A stretch of 63,964 bases of DNA, filler included, from Cladosporium halotolerans (Eukaryota), in the NCBI RefSeq assembly GCF_011745625.1. It is 13 parts of 13 records of this genome, joined end to end, with 100 filler letters (N's around TTAATTAATTAA, not from the genome) between each part and the next. Parts side by side here need not be neighbours in the genome. Positions count along the whole stretch, not along the records: positions 55,516 to 60,250 come from NW_027191683.1; positions 60,351 to 63,964 come from NW_027191713.1; 11 more parts are not named here. The stretch is one strand, 5' to 3'. Positions 59,201-63,964 of this stretch are shown one piece after another. The position numbers were made by a program, and so were the translations under genes. The notes under the pieces are model-generated. The model saw only the letters and a program-made list of their open reading frames with translations. It searched no databases and was not told the DNA's origin. Every line of letters begins with the position of its first letter. Positions within the stretch are counted from its first letter, which is position 1.

Positions 59201-59632
59201 GAAGGGGAAGAGCAGCTTCGTCAGGACGGCGTCGTGGACCCCTTGCTGCGACGCGGGCCACACGTTACGCGCAAACCTTGTCTCGTGACAGAGGTGCTCT
59301 CTGCTGGCCGGGATCGCACCTTCGACCCGGCCGTGGGCGAGAAAGATCGGGTGGTCAACGTTGGACTGCGATTTGTCCGAAACGATGGTCGGATTCCCGC
59401 CAAAACGGGACTTCTTGGTCGACGAAGAACCGGGGATTCGTTGACAGAACAGAATCTGGCTGATCAACTTTCGTTTCTCTTCTTTCCCAAGACAAAGCAC
59501 GATCTGGGGGTATTGTTTGGCAGCCCTTTCCAACTGTCCAACGAGGCGATGCAGACGGGCGGGATCAGAAAGACGCAGATGACGCGTTGTGGCGGACAAC
59601 TCCACCCAATCGGTGTGACGGCAGCCTGCCAT
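56239..59632 (-). CDS. Large patatin-like phospholipase with Cys cluster, 5 exons
   Basis: CISC..CGHTLCDLC..CAIC, LTIDGGGVRG, FGVSAG, ARATSAAP, RDGG, LSLGTG, ALIASSFFFEL. Introns 58608-58554 and 57962-57886, plus two more between ~57417 and 57250. Confidence 0.9.
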
Positions 59633-60913
59633 GATTTCGCAGGTCAGTCCGGGGCGTACAGTGTTCACCGGTTGTATTCCTCGGTCGACCGCCGCTTGAT
59701 GTGTTGCGGCGCGCCCGAATGGAATGTGCTTCTCTATGTTGGGAGCAGCCACGACTGTGACTACTGTATTGATACGGATACCTCGGACAGTACCATTCCA
59801 TATATACAGTGGAAGCCTCCAAGTAAGAGGAAGGGGGGGGGGGGAACACCCAAGCTGTAATCTGAAGCCATGGCATGCTTTTTGAGCCCCGGGTCTGGCC
59901 CATCAGCTTCGCCCTCGCTCCGACCTCGTCCCGTCTGAATCTCGACTTTCCTCACGGCCCAATTGATTCACTTGATCGAATGGTGAAACGCTTGCGAAAC
60001 AAAGGTGAGACTTGCGAGGCCAGATCACTCGTTTGCGCTGCTATTATATTACTCTTCCAAAGGCATGGCTCTTGTTATATTTTAAGGAAAGGGGTAGCGG
60101 TATAAAGAAGGCAACAAGTTCGAACATATACAGACAAGATGGAGGGAAGGCAGCAAAGAGCCACACGTGTCTGTAAAGCCTCCTCACAGTCAGCAGCTCC
60201 TTTCCACGAAAACCATGGACTTACCGTCTTCCGCGTATCAGTCAGCCGAGNNNNNNNNNNNNNNNNNNNNNNNNNNNNNNNNNNNNNNNNNNNNTTAATT
60301 AATTAANNNNNNNNNNNNNNNNNNNNNNNNNNNNNNNNNNNNNNNNNNNNACCAATCGTGTTGCACAAGACCCACCAAGCGCAGGCAAAAGACGGGATCG
60401 GGTCGGGTTTTGCGACGTGCGACCCCCTCGACCGGCGTGGGAGAACTCCGTGTGCTGGCCTCCCTGTCGATCCAGTACCACGTCCGTCGAAGCGCTTGTT
60501 TGTTGGTTCAGCCATTATGTTCTCGCACTTCAAGCCATGCTCTACCCCATCCAGCCGCTTGCACAGCCTGGACTACTCTTGCGATGATGCTGGGTTGGCG
60601 GTCTTATCTTCCGGTCGCTGGACCGCAGAGTGATTGGCAACAACGGCGCGAAAAAGCTTGAGGTTAGCATCTCTGGCCCGGCTCCGGCCATCACAATACT
60701 GTGCCGTAGTGCCAAGTTCGCACATTTGGCGGTGGCAAAGGAGGTTCCTTGTCTTTCGAGTCGTCACGTGCGGATAGATAGATCGAAGGCCGCAATGCCA
60801 AGACGTTTCATGCTGACCGTCACCCTCCGGCCCTGGAGGGCATGAAACGCTTGGCATTGGGGCCTTCGATCTTATCTTTCTGCACGTGACGCAGAAGAAT
60901 CTGCCAAGCGATT

Positions 60914-62679
60914 CAGGCCCTCCGATTCTCCGAAAGTTTTCGGCTTTCGCCAAGCAATGGGGCTACCCATCGCTGCAATGAGCCGCTCCTCGGTTCTCAA
61001 CCATTTTGAGATCGCCTATTATACCACCACCCTCGCTTGCGCTTGTATCACAGACAAACACACTATGGGAAGAGGCCCAGAAAGTCCTCCTTGGAAGCGG
61101 CACTGTGTCATCGCATACGCTTTCGACTTGGCTATGCCACAGACCGAGATTGCAAGAAGGCTCGATCTGAAAAGATCGACCGTCAACAGCCTGGTTCAAG
61201 CCGCCAGAACGCGCAGCTCAACTTCAGACCTAGCGGATTTGCAAGCGGCAATTGACGTGCAGCCACGTAGTGGGAGACCCAGAAGGGCTGCCCCTGGTGA
61301 TGAGGTATCTCTTACTGTTCGTAGGGGTGTCCAAGAGCGCCCCTACCATGCTATGGACGACGCAGCCAACCGTCATCTTAGGGATCGTCAAATACTCGGC
61401 GAGATAGATCGCAACATCCAGCCACTAGGCACTCAGCAGGTGTACAATATTCTCCAGGGTCCTGCACAATGTGCGGCAGATCCAGAGGAACAGCGAGCGC
61501 TGACACGACACCGCGTATACAGACGGAACGAGCTGAGCAATGCGAACATATCCAAGCGTCAAGCGTACCTCTTCGAGATCGAACAATTGGATCAGGCTGA
61601 AGCACTCATCATATGCTGTGACGAGAAGGCCTATCATTTCGGCGGCACACCCAACCAGCATATAACACTACCAATCAATACAAGTGCTTATCAAAGTTGT
61701 ACCCCGACACGCTTCAAACTCGAACAATGGGCCGCGGCGTGCGGTGACGACTGTAGCGTGAAACGGCCCTGGACTGTTTGGGAACTCTGAGATCAGACAT
61801 CAGAGGAGCTGCAAAAGCAGTTAGGTGAATGCAATGCACAAGCAAAGAATATCACCGAAGAACAGCGTACTAATGCCAGAATTCATGGCACTCCCGAACA
61901 CCAATACCTCACTTGGATGAACACTCAGGTGAAGCTCAAACGTCTGTGGATGCGCGCCAACGCCGACGACAGTGGTGGTCCTAAAGACTGGACTCCGGAA
62001 CGTCTGTTTCCTCATCAGCGACACGATCCGAAGGAAGGCACAAAGAAGCTCAACTTTGTGTGGTATGCTTTTGAAGTGTATAGAAAGCTGCTCTTTCCTT
62101 ACTATAGAGAGATATGTAGACGCAATCCAGGGAAACGAGTGGTCATACAGGAAGATAACCATGGCCCCCATTTTAAAGGCTCGTCAACTGCTGAAACCTG
62201 AAATCCAGCAGCAAGGGATCGTCTTCGTGAATCATCCTGGCAACTCGCCAGATCTAGCGCCAATCGAAAGTCTCCATGCTGAGCATGAGAGAAAACTCGC
62301 GGACTTTATCTACCAGGTGAGAGATGCGCAAGCTTCCACTGTGCAAAGGGCAAAGAACCTTCTTATGTACACCTGGCAGAGCAAAGACTTTGATGAGACG
62401 GTGAAAGGGAGGGTCTGCAGGGCTGTCTACGTAGAACTAGCCAAGAGGTGCAAGATGGCAGGAGGGAGTAATCACTTCAGAGACGATATTTTCATTCGTG
62501 TAGACACAGAATAGACTACGGAACACAAACCAGTTACTGTGTCTCGTCGGATGTTCGATGAAGCGTATAGTTACTGGACGCCGTGTCAGCTCCGTGTTGA
62601 TTGCTGGCTCTGTGTCAAATCTGAAGATAATTTGGCCAAGCTGGGAAATCCGAAAACTTTCGGAGAATCGGAGGGAGTG
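60914..62679 (+). mobile_element. Tc1/mariner-superfamily DNA transposon
   Basis: 26-bp perfect inverted repeats CCCTCCGATTCTCCGAAAGTTTTCGG (60918-60943, 62650-62675) around a DDE transposase. Confidence 0.88.
61065..62514 (+). pseudogene. Tc1-like transposase with stop (61788-61790) and frameshift (~62172)
   Basis: HTH QTEIARRLDLKRSTV, PRSGRPR, CCDEK, IQEDNHGPH, HPGNSPDLAPIE. Confidence 0.88.
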
Positions 62680-63367
62680 TTTCTCTCGTCGACGAGGTTT
62701 GCGAAGTCAATGCAAGCAAGAAATCATAATTACCTAAGACTTGACACACAACGAGGAGCGCTCGCAGTTGAATTTAAACAGTTGGTCGAATTTGCTGCTG
62801 TGAACAGAATGCCAGAGGGGCGCGTCACGGAGAGTATGCCGCAGAGGACACGCAGCGAGGAGCGTTCGGATTTGGACTTACCTTCCTGGCGGCTGGCCGG
62901 ACTCCATCCAGAGCCGGTAGGAGATGATTGGCGCCTCTCGGCCATACGGAACAATTATTGCGGATGCCCGCGATTCGTGGAAGAATACAAGGGCTGTTCC
63001 CGGCCAATGTTCCTATGCCGACTCTGCCGAAATGAAGCAATCGACCTTCATGGCAAGAAACGCAAAGGGATGGCGTTGTTGAACTGTACTTCACGAGACG
63101 TGGCCCATCAATTGTTGGGTAGATTCTCAAAAAGTGATCGACATGATTTGCATGGCAACATGTGCGAAGTGGTGTACGATGTTCCTTCTCACGGCACTTG
63201 TTGGGTCTTTACTGGTGGACGCTGGTCCGCACTACAACGCTGTGTGCAGGCGCCGCTGATTGCAGTCTGCCTGTCCGCCGATTGTTGCTGCTGTGCAGAG
63301 TTGACGGCCTTGCAAAAGTGACGGTCTTGTGATCAAGATGTGGAAGGGGCCATTAAAGGCTCCTTGT

Positions 63368-63446
63368 TGCCCTGAGGCTTCAGGATGCCATGAGGCTTTG
63401 GCATGCCCTGAGGCTTCGGCATACCCTGAGGCTTCGGCATGCCCTG
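63368..63446. repeat. 18-bp tandem repeat (GCCCTGAGGCTTCGGCAT consensus, ~4 copies)
   Basis: Read directly from the sequence. Confidence 0.8.
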
Positions 63447-63544
63447 GAGCATGAAGCACCAATTGCGGTACAGGGCATGCCGAAGCCTCAGGGCATGCCG
63501 CCAGCCTGAGAGCCTGTCACGCTCTTCGCACCATTCGTTGCTTC

Positions 63545-63964
63545 CTCTCGACGGCATCCTCCCTGTCGACAATATTTCCCCGTCGATGGCATCTTCCTGT
63601 CGACAGTATTTCCCCGTCGACGGTTCCCTCCTGTCGACGGTTCCTCCCCGTCGACGATTCCTCCCTGTCGACAGTATTTCCCCGTCGACGGCATCTTCCT
63701 GTCGACAGTATCTCCCCGTCGACGGCATCTTCCTGTCGACAGTACTGTATCTCCCCGTCGATGGCATCTTCCTGTCGACAGTATCTCCCCGTCGATGGCA
63801 TCTTCCTGTCGACAGTATTTCCCCGTCGACGGTTCCCTCCTGTCGACGGTTCCTCCCCGTCGACGGCATCTCCCCGTCGACGATTCCTCCCTGTCGACAG
63901 TATTTCCCCGTCGACGGCATCCTCCCTGTCGACAGTATTTCCCCGTCGACGGTTCCCTCCTGTC
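63545..63964. repeat. GTCGAC-cored higher-order tandem array (17-20-bp subunits), continues beyond the window
   Basis: Alternating CCTGTCGACAGTATTTCC, CCGTCGACGGCATCTT and CCTGTCGACGGTTCCTC subunits. Confidence 0.92.

Noticed and set aside
10583..59632. One large accessory island or Starship containing the NLR, racemase, sulfatase, LPMO and PLP
   Set aside because: The genes lie on separate size-sorted contigs, so linkage cannot be inferred.
5352..60350. Regularly spaced TTAATTAATTAA motif
   Set aside because: Always centred in N padding; a synthetic contig linker, not biology.
62539..63321. 260-aa plus-strand ORF
   Set aside because: Starts at GTG inside the Tc1 element and crosses its TIR; no recognisable domain.
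63545..63964. CRISPR-like array
   Set aside because: The linkers are short and reused rather than unique spacers; eukaryotic context with no cas genes.

Overview
Filamentous-ascomycete DNA. The RRP6 sequence and short GT..CTRAC..YAG introns suggest a Dothideomycete; this taxonomic call is tentative. The window is not one locus: it is 13 unplaced contigs of about 4.7-5 kb joined by artificial 100-nt N44-TTAATTAATTAA-N44 spacers (5352-5451, 10483-10582, 15582-15681, 20679-20778, 25762-25861, 30823-30922, 35792-35891, 40757-40856, 45698-45797, 50630-50729, 55416-55515, 60251-60350), so adjacency across spacers means nothing. Mobile content: several hAT families (one nest with a MITE and a Copia LTR), a Fot1/pogo element, a Tc1-type element, a Copia gag-pol, and a diverged ~4-kb repeat present in two contigs. 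Genes: proline-racemase family, alkyl sulfatase, CYP65-like P450, AA11 LPMO, patatin-like phospholipase of the type carried by Starships, an NB-ARC relic, an O-methyltransferase fragment, core RRP6, and several orphan genes. The most unusual signal is a telomere-like contig (30923-35791) with a single G in the first ~1.4 kb of called + strand bases. G content recovers gradually inward, the contig ends in a TATTAACCCTAA repeat, and it carries a telomere-linked-helicase-like 3' end. This pattern suggests one-strand C-to-T hypermutation, unlike symmetric RIP.
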